From contig JAZSIP010000096.1 of the NCBI GenBank assembly GCA_045533915.1, positions 1 through 48,111 of the forward strand: 48,111 bases of DNA, read 5' to 3'. Source of the stretch: Eubacteriales bacterium. GTDB taxonomy: Bacteria; Bacillota; Clostridia; Oscillospirales; CAG-272. The translations under genes and the position numbers were made by a program. Under the pieces are notes generated by a model. The model did not search any database. It was not told where the DNA came from and saw only the letters and a list, made by a program, of their open reading frames with translations. This document shows positions 18,516 to 26,594 of this stretch, piece after piece. Position 1 is the stretch's first letter, and each line of letters begins with the position of its first letter.

Positions 18516-18727
18516 CAGTTCCTCCGTATTTTTTCAATCTGTCGATTTTTATTCTTCTGCAAAGCACGGCTTTATATCACTTTATATCGAATTTTAAAAT
18601 TGCCATACTTATCCACGATAATTGTTACATATTATATGTTAACAATTATATCATAACTATTACATTTTGTCAACAATTTGTTAAAAAAAGCAATTATTAC
18701 AAAAAATCTCGTGGAACATTTTTCGTA

Positions 18728-18756
18728 TTGCAAATATTTAAATACCGTGGTATAAT
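18728..18756 (+). promoter_or_regulatory. Strong orphan promoter with an extended -10, pointing toward the 3' end of fic
   Basis: TTGCAA (18728-18733), a 17-bp spacer ending in TGG, and TATAAT (18751-18756). It is followed by GGAGG (18762-18766) and a TTG-initiated 41-codon ORF (18773-18898). Confidence 0.45.
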
Positions 18757-18875
18757 TAAGGGGAGGTTTTACTTGCGCTTAAGGGCGTTAGGTAAAATTA
18801 ACTTCACACGCCAAATTTTGTTCTCTCTGAAAGATTTTCAAAGTGGAATACACACTTTTTTGCAAGAAAACAAAA

Positions 18876-18895
18876 GGCAGTCGAAATCGACTGCC
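18876..18895. terminator. Hairpin terminator downstream of fic, shared with the convergent short transcript
   Basis: Stem ggcagtcga/tcgactgcc. On the minus strand it is followed by ttttgttttctt. Confidence 0.6.
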
Positions 18896-18901
18896 TGAAT
18901 A

Positions 18902-19531
18902 TTATTTCAGATCTTCCGTTTTGAAGGTAGCGTAGCCCTCGTAATAATAACTTGTATCTATGCCCTTCATAAAAACTTGACTGTCATTTGTTTTATCGGT
19001 AAGAGCACCTTTTAAAAGATGTTTGATCTCAATATCCTTGATAGGACTTCTCTCCATAGCAAGAAGATAATCCTCTTTATCGACAAGACTCCAGTCCACA
19101 ACCATTCCAAGCTCGTTTTTTAATATGTGGTCAAGCCAAATGCGTGTCGAACGCCCATTACCTTCTCTGAAAGGGTGCGCCACGTTCATTTCAACATATT
19201 TCTCAATTATTTCGTCAAATGTACTTTGGGGCATTTTTTCAATATTTTCAAGCGCGGCATTAAGATACATCAGCGGTGCAAATCGAAAATTGCCTTTTGC
19301 GATATTAACTGTACGTATCTTTCCCGCAAAGCCATATATATCTGAAAAAAGGAATTCGTGTATTTTGGAAAGAGCATCAAAAGTTCCCGGACGCAGTGTA
19401 GAAAGGAAATCCGTTTCAAAAAGTTCTATTGCGCGTATTTTGCTTATACGTTCTTCTTCACGAGCAATCTCTGCAGAATCGATAATACCCAATTTATTTT
19501 CAAGTACCATAAGCTTTCCTTTCGCAACCAT
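18902..19531 (-). CDS. fic: Fic-domain protein (AMPylase type) of class III architecture, with a C-terminal auto-inhibitory motif
   Basis: The canonical active site is HPFREGNGRSTR. The C-terminal SYYYEG fits the inhibitory (S/T)xxxE(G/N) motif. No partner antitoxin ORF is present. Confidence 0.9.
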   Translation of the reverse strand: MVAKGKLMVLENKLGIIDSAEIAREEERISKIRAIELFETDFLSTLRPGTFDALSKIHEFLFSDIYGFAGKIRTVNIAKGNFRFAPLMYLNAALENIEKMPQSTFDEIIEKYVEMNVAHPFREGNGRSTRIWLDHILKNELGMVVDWSLVDKEDYLLAMERSPIKDIEIKHLLKGALTDKTNDSQVFMKGIDTSYYYEGYATFKTEDLK

Positions 19532-19646
19532 ATATTATCACCTATATATTATACCATAAAATGAGTCTTATTTCAAGGGAATACGAAAAAATAGGCTGTA
19601 TAAAAAGAAAAGTTCGAAACCATTGAAAATCCAAAGACTTCGAACT

Positions 19647-19667
19647 TGGCACCCGCAACGGGAATCG
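19647..19667 (-). repeat. 21-nt duplicate of the 3' end of tRNA-Arg (half T-loop, T-stem, acceptor strand and CCA)
   Basis: tggcacccgcaacgggaatcg is identical to 19798-19818. Upstream of the copy, the similarity to the tRNA stops. Confidence 0.85.
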
Positions 19668-19756
19668 GTCTCGCCTGCGGGCTCGGTCACTCCGCGGTTC
19701 TGACATGCCACTGGCATGTCATTCATTACCGCTACGCCTTCGATTCCCGCGTTTGA

Positions 19757-19794
19757 CGAAAAAAACAGAAACATCGCCCTGCGATATTTCTGTT
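19757..19794 (-). terminator. Rho-independent terminator directly after tRNA-Arg
   Basis: A 14-bp stem with one mismatch (aacagaaacatcgc / gcgatatttctgtt), flanked by T-runs on both strands. Confidence 0.6.
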
Positions 19795-19797
19795 TTT

Positions 19798-19872
19798 TGG
19801 CACCCGCAACGGGAATCGAACCCATAACTACCCCTTAGGAGGGGGCTATTATATCCATTTAACTATGCAGGC
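19798..19872 (-). tRNA. tRNA-Arg, anticodon CCT, with an encoded CCA end
   Basis: A 75-nt cloverleaf folded by hand. The acceptor is GCCTGCA/TGCGGGT. The anticodon stem is GCCCC/GGGGT with loop CT-CCT-AA. The T-arm is ATGGG-TTCGATT-CCCGT, followed by discriminator G and CCA. Confidence 0.85.
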
Positions 19873-19979
19873 AAATATTTGATTTGATTTTTATTCCGCA
19901 AAATATTATAGCACACTTTAAAAAGAATTGCAAGTGTTTTTTGCACTCGTTTTTACGAGCTCAAAAGAAAGGAAAAAAT

Positions 19980-20480
19980 ATGACAAGAAAGATATTAACT
20001 ATCGCTTCGGCTTTATTATGCGTCGCTTTAGTCATTTTTATATTCTCAAATTCGCTCGACAACGCAGAGGAATCTACCGAAAAGAGCAACGTCGTCTACA
20101 CAGCGGTCAACCAAGTGGCAAAGGCTCTCGGATTCAAGGCAGAAATATCTAAAGCCTTTATCCGCCAAAGCGCGCACTTTCTTGAATTTGCCGCGCTCGG
20201 CTTCTCGTCTGCTTTGACGCTTATCTTCGCTCTCGCGCCCGATCCAAGACGCGCTCTCTCGCCTCGGCTCGCCTTTGCGGGAGCGGCTCTTCCCTTTTGC
20301 GCTCTCATAGCGCTTATCGACGAATACATACAGACCTTTTCTGACGGCAGAGTTTTCGACATAGCCGACATTTTCACCGACACGGCGGGCTCTTGCGTAG
20401 GGGCTATCTTTACCGTTTCTGTCTATCTTCTCATTCGTCTTATTTATAAATCAAGAGAAAAACGCGCCCTATCAAACTAA
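19980..20480 (+). CDS. VanZ-family membrane protein
   Basis: Four TM segments and the motif DEYIQTFSDGRVFDIADIFTDTAGSCVG typical of VanZ. The ATG at 19980 follows an RBS-like aaaggaaaaaat. Confidence 0.75.
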   Translation: MTRKILTIASALLCVALVIFIFSNSLDNAEESTEKSNVVYTAVNQVAKALGFKAEISKAFIRQSAHFLEFAALGFSSALTLIFALAPDPRRALSPRLAFAGAALPFCALIALIDEYIQTFSDGRVFDIADIFTDTAGSCVGAIFTVSVYLLIRLIYKSREKRALSN

Positions 20481-21196
20481 AAATGATCGTTTTCAGATGT
20501 TTTGGAGTGGGAATTTCTTATCGCTTTCAGAACAAGAGCGTCTATCATACCGATCGTCCAAAGCTCCACGGTCTTTTGTGGGTATGCGTCTCTATTATTT
20601 GAGCGGATCACGCGCAGCGGCTCACAAAAGCCCTCGGTCAGCGAAAAGCTCCGCTCTGTTTTATTTTTTCTTGCCATAGACTCGCACTCGGACACCGAAA
20701 GCACCGTATCGCAAAATATCTCTCCGCATATACTCGCATTTAAACACGAGCCGTCGGCAAGGATCACTCCGACAAATGTTCTATACGCAAAAGCCTGCTC
20801 GCACAATCTTTCCAAAGTTCTTTTCGCGCAAAGCGCGTTATCGGTATCGTTAAGTGCCTCGTTATATGCTAAAGTGACCGAGTACTCATATTTTTGCGGC
20901 AAAGAATACACAAAAAGCTCTATTGTTTTCGCTTCTATCTTCAAAATAGCGAAGCATAGATTATGAGAAATTCCTATTCTTGCGATTTTTTTGCGGTCTT
21001 TAACGTTTGGCATCATAAAACGCACTAGTCCCGCGCTCTCAAGCTCTCGCGCATATCTGCGAACGGTCACTCGGCTGACGCTCAAAGCATCGGAAAGCTT
21101 TCCGATATTCCCCTCACCCTCTGCGACAGCATAAAAGAAGCTCTTTTTTCTCTTTTCATATGCCGTTATATTTTTATTGCCCGAATTTTCTATCAT
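20477..21196 (-). CDS. Putative winged-helix transcriptional regulator (ROK-repressor-like N-terminus)
   Basis: The HTH stretch is LSDALSVSRVTVRRYARELESAGLV. The rest is not recognisable. Confidence 0.45.
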   Translation of the reverse strand: MIENSGNKNITAYEKRKKSFFYAVAEGEGNIGKLSDALSVSRVTVRRYARELESAGLVRFMMPNVKDRKKIARIGISHNLCFAILKIEAKTIELFVYSLPQKYEYSVTLAYNEALNDTDNALCAKRTLERLCEQAFAYRTFVGVILADGSCLNASICGEIFCDTVLSVSECESMARKNKTERSFSLTEGFCEPLRVIRSNNRDAYPQKTVELWTIGMIDALVLKAIRNSHSKTSENDHF

Positions 21197-21299
21197 TTGC
21201 GTTATCCTTTACCAAAAACGATCTTGGTTATTATAACAGATATTATCGCAAATGTCAACAAAATCGAGCCTATACAGGCAAATTATTCGTTTTTCCCTC

Positions 21300-21328
21300 T
21301 TTACACGAATGACATTTTGTGATATACT
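21300..21328 (+). promoter_or_regulatory. Promoter of the tsaE-tsaB operon
   Basis: TTTACA (21300-21305), a 17-bp spacer ending in TGA, and TATACT (21323-21328). Confidence 0.45.
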
Positions 21329-21370
21329 AATATGAGAGAAATATTACCTGATATCTTTGGAGGTGGCAAA

Positions 21371-21847
21371 ATGCAAAAAATCGAATACGGTAAAGCTGTC
21401 TCCATTCATTCGGCATCGGCGCTTGACACCGAGCAGATAGGAAAAGAGTGCGCGATATCACTTCTTTCCAAAGCTGACGCTCCGCGTTTTGTTGCGCTCT
21501 ACGGCGATCTCGGTGTGGGAAAGACTGCCTTTATTCGCGGTTTTACTTCGGTAATATCCCAAAATTCCAAGGTAAAATCCCCCACTTTCGCAATCGTTCA
21601 CGAATACAAGGGTAAGCCGCTATCGGTCTTTCATTTTGATATGTACCGCATCACAGACGAGGACGAGCTATGGTCTATCGGCTTCTACGACTACCTTGAC
21701 AGAAGCGGAATATGTCTTGTGGAGTGGAGTGAAAATATCCCATTTGCGCTTCCCGAACGATATCTCCGCGTTGAAATAATCAAGGACAATGAAAATGATA
21801 CCGACAGCCGACTTATAAACCTCTATCCGATAGGGTACTCAAACTAA
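21371..21847 (+). CDS. tsaE: tRNA t6A37 biosynthesis ATPase TsaE
   Basis: P-loop LYGDLGVGKTAFIRGF. The start at 21371 follows GGAGGTG. Confidence 0.85.
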   Translation: MQKIEYGKAVSIHSASALDTEQIGKECAISLLSKADAPRFVALYGDLGVGKTAFIRGFTSVISQNSKVKSPTFAIVHEYKGKPLSVFHFDMYRITDEDELWSIGFYDYLDRSGICLVEWSENIPFALPERYLRVEIIKDNENDTDSRLINLYPIGYSN

Positions 21848-21865
21848 TTAAAAGGACGGTTTTTT

Positions 21866-22561
21866 ATGATAATTCTGTCGCTTGACACCTCCGCGACCGT
21901 TGCCTCTGCCGCGCTTTGCGACGGCGAGCGTCTCCTTGCGGAATACACCTTAAACAATGGAAATACACATAGTGAAACTCTTCTTCCTATGGTCGAAGCT
22001 CTCCTTGATCATTTTGGTATAAGTGTTGACGATATCGATATTTTCGCGGCATCTATGGGTCCGGGTTCTTTTACGGGAGTTCGTATCGGTGCGGCTACGC
22101 TCAAGGGCATTGCCTTTGGCAAGGAAAAGCCCTGCGTAAGTGTTTCAACGCTCGAGGCTATCGCCGAAAATCTATGTGTTAAAAAAGGGCTTATCTGCCC
22201 CGTTATGAACGCAAGGCGCTCACAGGTCTACACCGCTCTTTTCCGCTCGGACGGAGAAAAGCTCGAACGTATCCTGCCCGACTCCGCGCTCAGCATCTCG
22301 GAGCTTGACGAGCTTCTTTCAAAATACGGTGAGCCCGTCGCTTTTTGCGGTGACGGCTATGATATAACGCTTTCGGCTCTTGAAAAGACAACCGCCTATC
22401 CTGTACCCGACAGACTTCGTCATCAATCCGCATATTCCGTGGCACAGGTCGCGCTTCGCAAATACCTCGCAGGTGAATATACAGACGACACAAAGCTTAC
22501 AGTGACCTATCTCCGTCCATCTCAAGCCGAGCGTGAACGCATGAAAAGAGAGGGCAATTAG
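21866..22561 (+). CDS. tsaB: tRNA t6A37 biosynthesis protein TsaB
   Basis: MIILSLDTSATVASAAL and GPGSFTGVRIG motifs. It follows tsaE. Confidence 0.85.
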   Translation: MIILSLDTSATVASAALCDGERLLAEYTLNNGNTHSETLLPMVEALLDHFGISVDDIDIFAASMGPGSFTGVRIGAATLKGIAFGKEKPCVSVSTLEAIAENLCVKKGLICPVMNARRSQVYTALFRSDGEKLERILPDSALSISELDELLSKYGEPVAFCGDGYDITLSALEKTTAYPVPDRLRHQSAYSVAQVALRKYLAGEYTDDTKLTVTYLRPSQAERERMKREGN

Positions 22562-22709
22562 GACTTACTTTTCTTTTAAAAAAGAAAAGTAAGCAAAAGA
22601 AAACATTTGCAGGGGTATTTATTATACCCATTAGCTTGTGTTTTTAAAAAAAGTAAGCAAAAGAAAACATTTGCAGGGGTATTTATTACAACCTGTTAGC
22701 TTGTACGAC
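22562..22709 (+). repeat. Family A array: a 30-nt palindrome directly after the tsaB stop codon, followed by two 64-bp tandem units
   Basis: The palindrome cttacttttctttt-aa-aaaagaaaagtaag lies at 22564-22593. The core gtaagcaaaagaaaacatttgcaggggtatttatta is repeated at 22589 and 22653. Confidence 0.85.
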
Positions 22710-22754
22710 TAAAACAAAAAATATATAAAATATATAAAAAAGAGGAAAATTATC

Positions 22755-23201
22755 ATGAAAATAGTTATCGGATGCGACCATGCTGGATACGCTATCAAGG
22801 GAGCTGTAAAGGATCATCTCATTTCTCTCGGTCACGAGGTAATTGACGTTGGAACTAACTCCAAAGACAGCTGTCACTATCCCATCTACGCCAAGGCGGC
22901 TTGTAAAAAGATACTCGACGGAGAGTGCTCTCTCGGTATTCTTATCTGCGGAACGGGGATTGGTATGTCTATGGCGGCTAACAAGCACAACGGTATCCGC
23001 GCGGCTTGTTGCTCCGATACATTCTCCGCGCGTCTCACAAGAGAGCACAACGATGCGAATATGCTCTGCTTCGGTGAGCGTGTAGTAGGTGTGGGACTTG
23101 CTCTTGAGCTTGTTGACGCTTTCATAAACGCAGAATACCTCAACAACGGCAACCACGTAACGCGCGTTGCTATGCTCTCTGAAATAGAAAAAGAAAACTA
23201 A
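22755..23201 (+). CDS. rpiB: Ribose-5-phosphate isomerase B
   Basis: MKIVIGCDHAGYAIK and ICGTGIGMSMAANK are typical of RpiB/LacAB. Confidence 0.9.
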   Translation: MKIVIGCDHAGYAIKGAVKDHLISLGHEVIDVGTNSKDSCHYPIYAKAACKKILDGECSLGILICGTGIGMSMAANKHNGIRAACCSDTFSARLTREHNDANMLCFGERVVGVGLALELVDAFINAEYLNNGNHVTRVAMLSEIEKEN

Positions 23202-23223
23202 ATAAAAAAGGGAGGACACGACC

Positions 23224-24018
23224 TTGTGCATTAAAAAGATCGCAGGCGCTCTTCGCGCCATTTCGGGTTCACCTCACCCAAAAAACTTCACAAGCGCAAT
23301 AATCGCGGCGGCAGGTCTTTCCGAACGCTTTGGCGGAACGACCACAAAGCAGATGACTGATCTTTGCGGAGAGCCTGTGCTTTTGCACACGCTACGCGCT
23401 TATCAAAAGACCGAATGTATCCATGAGATAGTTATAGTGGCAAAACGAAACGAGATACCGTTCTGGGAAACTCTCTGCAAAAACCACGAAATGACTAAGG
23501 TCACAAAAATAATTCCGGGCGGACTTACACGTCAGGATTCGGTCATCAACGGGCTAGATGCCGTTGACAAACGCTCAAAATTCGTTGCTATTGCCGATGG
23601 CGCTCGTTGTCTCACGACACCCGAGCAGATAGAAGCGGTCTGCCGCGCGGCTTACAAATACAAGGCGGCTACCGCCGCTCACAGATCCACTGACACGGTG
23701 AAGATAGCCGACAAAAAGGGATTTATAGATCATACTCAGGACAGAGAGACCGTATGGCTTGCGCAAACACCTCAGGTCTTTAAGACAAAGCTTTACCGCG
23801 CTGCCGCCTACACCGCTCTCAAAAAGGGATTCAAGGCGACCGATGACAACTCTCTCGTTGAGAATGTCAAGCACCCCATACGTCTTGTTGAATGCGGGGC
23901 GCAAAATATAAAAATAACCACACAAGAGGACATGGTAGTCGCCGAAAGCATTATTATTTCGAGGCGTTCCGAATCCGACGAGGTAATTATGGACTTTGAA
24001 AGAGAGGTAAATCCTTAA
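23224..24018 (+). CDS. ispD: 2-C-methyl-D-erythritol 4-phosphate cytidylyltransferase. The start is apparently TTG and its position is uncertain.
   Basis: [24 protein letters not shown] and a downstream ispF that overlaps its stop codon. Confidence 0.85.
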   Translation: MCIKKIAGALRAISGSPHPKNFTSAIIAAAGLSERFGGTTTKQMTDLCGEPVLLHTLRAYQKTECIHEIVIVAKRNEIPFWETLCKNHEMTKVTKIIPGGLTRQDSVINGLDAVDKRSKFVAIADGARCLTTPEQIEAVCRAAYKYKAATAAHRSTDTVKIADKKGFIDHTQDRETVWLAQTPQVFKTKLYRAAAYTALKKGFKATDDNSLVENVKHPIRLVECGAQNIKITTQEDMVVAESIIISRRSESDEVIMDFEREVNP

Positions 24019-24491
24019 TGCGTATAGGTCACGGCTACGATGTTCACCGTCTCGTTGAGGGCAGAGATCTGATACTCGGCGGAGTTAAAATAGAGCACGA
24101 AACGGGGCTTCTCGGTCACTCGGACGCCGACGTTCTGCTTCACGCCATATCTGACGCGCTTTTAGGCGCGGCAGCTCTCGGCGACATCGGAAAGCTTTTT
24201 CCGGACAACGATCCGAAATACAAGGGTGCTGACAGTCTCCTGCTTTTGCGTAAAGTGGGCGTTCATCTTTTCAGCGCGGGATACAAGATAGTCAATATTG
24301 ATGCTACTGTGATCGCCCAAGCGCCAAAGCTCTCGCCCCATATCCGAGATATGAGAGTAAATATCGCACGGGCACTTGACCTTGACATTTCGGACGTAAG
24401 CGTAAAGGCGACGACCGAAGAGGGTCTTGGCTTTTCGGGTGAAAAGAAAGGCATTGCCGCGCACGCGGTCTGTCTTATAGAGACTTTGTGA
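24018..24491 (+). CDS. ispF: 2-C-methyl-D-erythritol 2,4-cyclodiphosphate synthase
   Basis: [12 protein letters not shown] and [11 protein letters not shown]. Confidence 0.9.
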   Translation: MRIGHGYDVHRLVEGRDLILGGVKIEHETGLLGHSDADVLLHAISDALLGAAALGDIGKLFPDNDPKYKGADSLLLLRKVGVHLFSAGYKIVNIDATVIAQAPKLSPHIRDMRVNIARALDLDISDVSVKATTEEGLGFSGEKKGIAAHAVCLIETL

Positions 24492-24500
24492 GTAAAAAAC

Positions 24501-24542
24501 GCATTGTCGCTTTTCGAGAAAAGCTCCGCAAAAGCTTTCTTG
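24501..24542 (+). repeat. 42-bp dispersed intergenic repeat, family B, copy 3 of 3
   Basis: gcattgtcgcttttcgagaaaagctccgcaaaagctttcttg, starting 10 nt after the ispF stop codon. Confidence 0.85.
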
Positions 24543-24764
24543 CGTTTTTTAACTTTTCATTACAACTAACAGCAACAAAAAACGGCGCGGAACACCTTTT
24601 TAAAAAGTTTTCAGCGCCGTTGAAATCTAAATACAAATTGTGCGGATCGCTCATTCACGTCCCTGCTCTTCAAAGTCCGCTCCGCACACTTCGCATACAA
24701 CTTCCTTTTCAGTATATGCAACCGTACGTAACGTGCCATAAAATATTTTTAAGAGGTAAATACT

Positions 24765-25412
24765 ATGATAATCGTTTCTCCTTCGGTCCTCGCGTGTGAT
24801 TTTTCAAAGCTTGGAGATGAAATCAAAAAGGTTGCCGATGCAGGCGCTGAATACATACATCTTGACGTTATGGACGGAGCTTTCGTTCCGAACATATCCT
24901 TTGGTGCGCCCGTTATCTCCTGTGTACGCAAGGTAACAAACGCAAAATTTGACGTCCATCTGATGATAAATGATCCCATTCGCTATATCGACGATTTCGT
25001 AAAGGCTGGAGCGGACATAATTACTATCCACTACGAAAGCTGTGACGATCCGAAGTCCGTTCTCAAATATATTCGTCAAAAGGGAGTTCTTGCTTCGCTT
25101 TCGATAAAACCCGCAACTCCCGCGGACGTCGTGTATCCTCTTATCGATGATCTCGATATGGTTCTCGTTATGACAGTTGAACCCGGCTTTGGCGGTCAGA
25201 AAATGATCCCCGCTACTGTCGATAAGGTTAAAGAGCTCCGCGACTATGCAAACGCTCGCGGTGTCGATCTTGACATAGAGGTTGACGGCGGTATTACTCC
25301 CGATAACGTATCCCTCGTTGTTGAAGCGGGCGCGAACGTTATCGTCGCAGGCTCTGCCGTATTTAAGGCAGAAGAGCCCGCATCTGTAATTGCGACTATT
25401 AAAAACGCGTAA
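24765..25412 (+). CDS. rpe: Ribulose-phosphate 3-epimerase
   Basis: SVLACDFSKLGDEI, HLDVMDGAFVPNISFG and MTVEPGFGGQ. Confidence 0.9.
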   Translation: MIIVSPSVLACDFSKLGDEIKKVADAGAEYIHLDVMDGAFVPNISFGAPVISCVRKVTNAKFDVHLMINDPIRYIDDFVKAGADIITIHYESCDDPKSVLKYIRQKGVLASLSIKPATPADVVYPLIDDLDMVLVMTVEPGFGGQKMIPATVDKVKELRDYANARGVDLDIEVDGGITPDNVSLVVEAGANVIVAGSAVFKAEEPASVIATIKNA

Positions 25413-25563
25413 GGGACGCACTTACTTTTCTTTTAAAAAAGAAAAGTAAGCAAAAGAAAACTCTTGCAAGAAAACACATCTTTTATCTTTAGTTTGTGCT
25501 TTTCCAAAAACTAAGCAAAAGAAAACTCTTGCAGGGGTTATTTTATAACCGTTTGTATAGAGC
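25413..25563 (+). repeat. Family A array: the same 30-nt palindrome 8 nt after the rpe stop codon, followed by two 65-bp units
   Basis: The palindrome at 25421-25450 is identical to 22564-22593. The core taagcaaaagaaaactcttgca occurs at 25447 and 25512. Confidence 0.85.
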
Positions 25564-25605
25564 AAATTTGTATAAAAAATGAGCAAGGTTTTCCTTGCTC
25601 ATTTT

Positions 25606-26577
25606 TCATCTTATCTTCTTATATCTCATATCCGTTCCCTTGAAAAGCAGAGCGGTATATTCTCCAAAAAGTCGGCTGGCGATTCGCTCGCCGTATTTTT
25701 TTTCAAGCTCGTTTTTGGGAAGATTCGTATTTATGATCGTGCTCAAGCCGTTATTGATACGGGTATTGATAACATCATACATACAAGATACGGTAAACTG
25801 ATTCAAGACCTCTGTGCCGAAATCGTCGATAATGAGAAGCTGCGCGTCGTAATATCTCGTCGTATCGGGAAGATCGTCTTTCTCACCTCGGTGGAATCGT
25901 CTCTCCTCAAAGTCATTCATCATTTTGACCGCAGTAACGTACGCCGCGTCGTATCCTCTCTCGATAACAGTCTTTGCCACCGCCGTTGACAGATGTGTCT
26001 TTCCAAGTCCCGTCGAGCCCGTAAGCAAAAAGCTGAAATCGTCCTTTGCGCTGAAATTCTCGGCAAAGCGGCGAAGCACGGTAACGTTATGCTCCATCCA
26101 CTCACGATCCTTAGGATCACGGTAGTTTTCAAGCGAAAAATTATCAAAGCTTTGAGTACGTATGAGCTTTCCGAGGCCCGAGGACTCATATCCCGCCATT
26201 ATAAGAGCGCGTCTCATACAGTCGCACATCTTGGTATCGACGTATCCCGTATCACCGCATTTTTCGCACTCGTAATGGATATCCGAATAATCCTCGGCAT
26301 ATCCGTGAGCGCGAAGACAAGCCGCTCTCTCGGCAAGCAGTCTTTCGTTGCGTTTTTTAAGCTCAACGACCTTTTGAGCCGCAGTCTCGGCAGTTTCGCC
26401 CGTGATTATTCCCATTATCTCAAGTCCTGTCTTTGAGAGGACGTCATCTATCGCCTTTATCTCGAGGAATCTTGAGTAAAGCTCCTGTCTGCGCATATCC
26501 GCATCGAGTCTCGCCTTTATGTATTTTTCCGAATATTCTCTTTTTATGCGCGCATAATCCTTTTTATTATATGCCAT
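25606..26577 (-). CDS. dnaI: DnaI/DnaC-like AAA+ helicase loader with an N-terminal zinc-binding module
   Basis: Walker A LLTGSTGLGKTHL, Walker B LLIIDDFG, and the Cys cluster CEKCGDTGYVDTKMCDC. It is paired with the upstream DnaD-domain gene. Confidence 0.75.
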   Translation of the reverse strand: MAYNKKDYARIKREYSEKYIKARLDADMRRQELYSRFLEIKAIDDVLSKTGLEIMGIITGETAETAAQKVVELKKRNERLLAERAACLRAHGYAEDYSDIHYECEKCGDTGYVDTKMCDCMRRALIMAGYESSGLGKLIRTQSFDNFSLENYRDPKDREWMEHNVTVLRRFAENFSAKDDFSFLLTGSTGLGKTHLSTAVAKTVIERGYDAAYVTAVKMMNDFEERRFHRGEKDDLPDTTRYYDAQLLIIDDFGTEVLNQFTVSCMYDVINTRINNGLSTIINTNLPKNELEKKYGERIASRLFGEYTALLFKGTDMRYKKIR

Positions 26578-26594
26578 CTCGCACCCTCTTTTTA

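Noticed and set aside
19647-19760. A second tRNA gene or tRNA-Sec downstream of tRNA-Arg. The 85-aa ORF at 19568..19825 was also considered.
   Set aside because: Only the last 21 nt match a tRNA. No D-arm or anticodon arm can be drawn. The long stem leaves 11 unpaired nt before the CCA, which is incompatible with a tRNA-Sec 8/5 or 9/4 fold. The ORF overlaps the tRNA and a terminator and is spurious.
24640-24764. A minus-strand frame reading ..VAYTEKEVVCEVCGADFEEQGRE*, which looks like the tail of a small zinc-ribbon protein, upstream of rpe
   Set aside because: It has no plausible start codon or RBS in frame. It is short and overlaps the rpe promoter/RBS region. At best it is a relic, so it is not reported as a feature.
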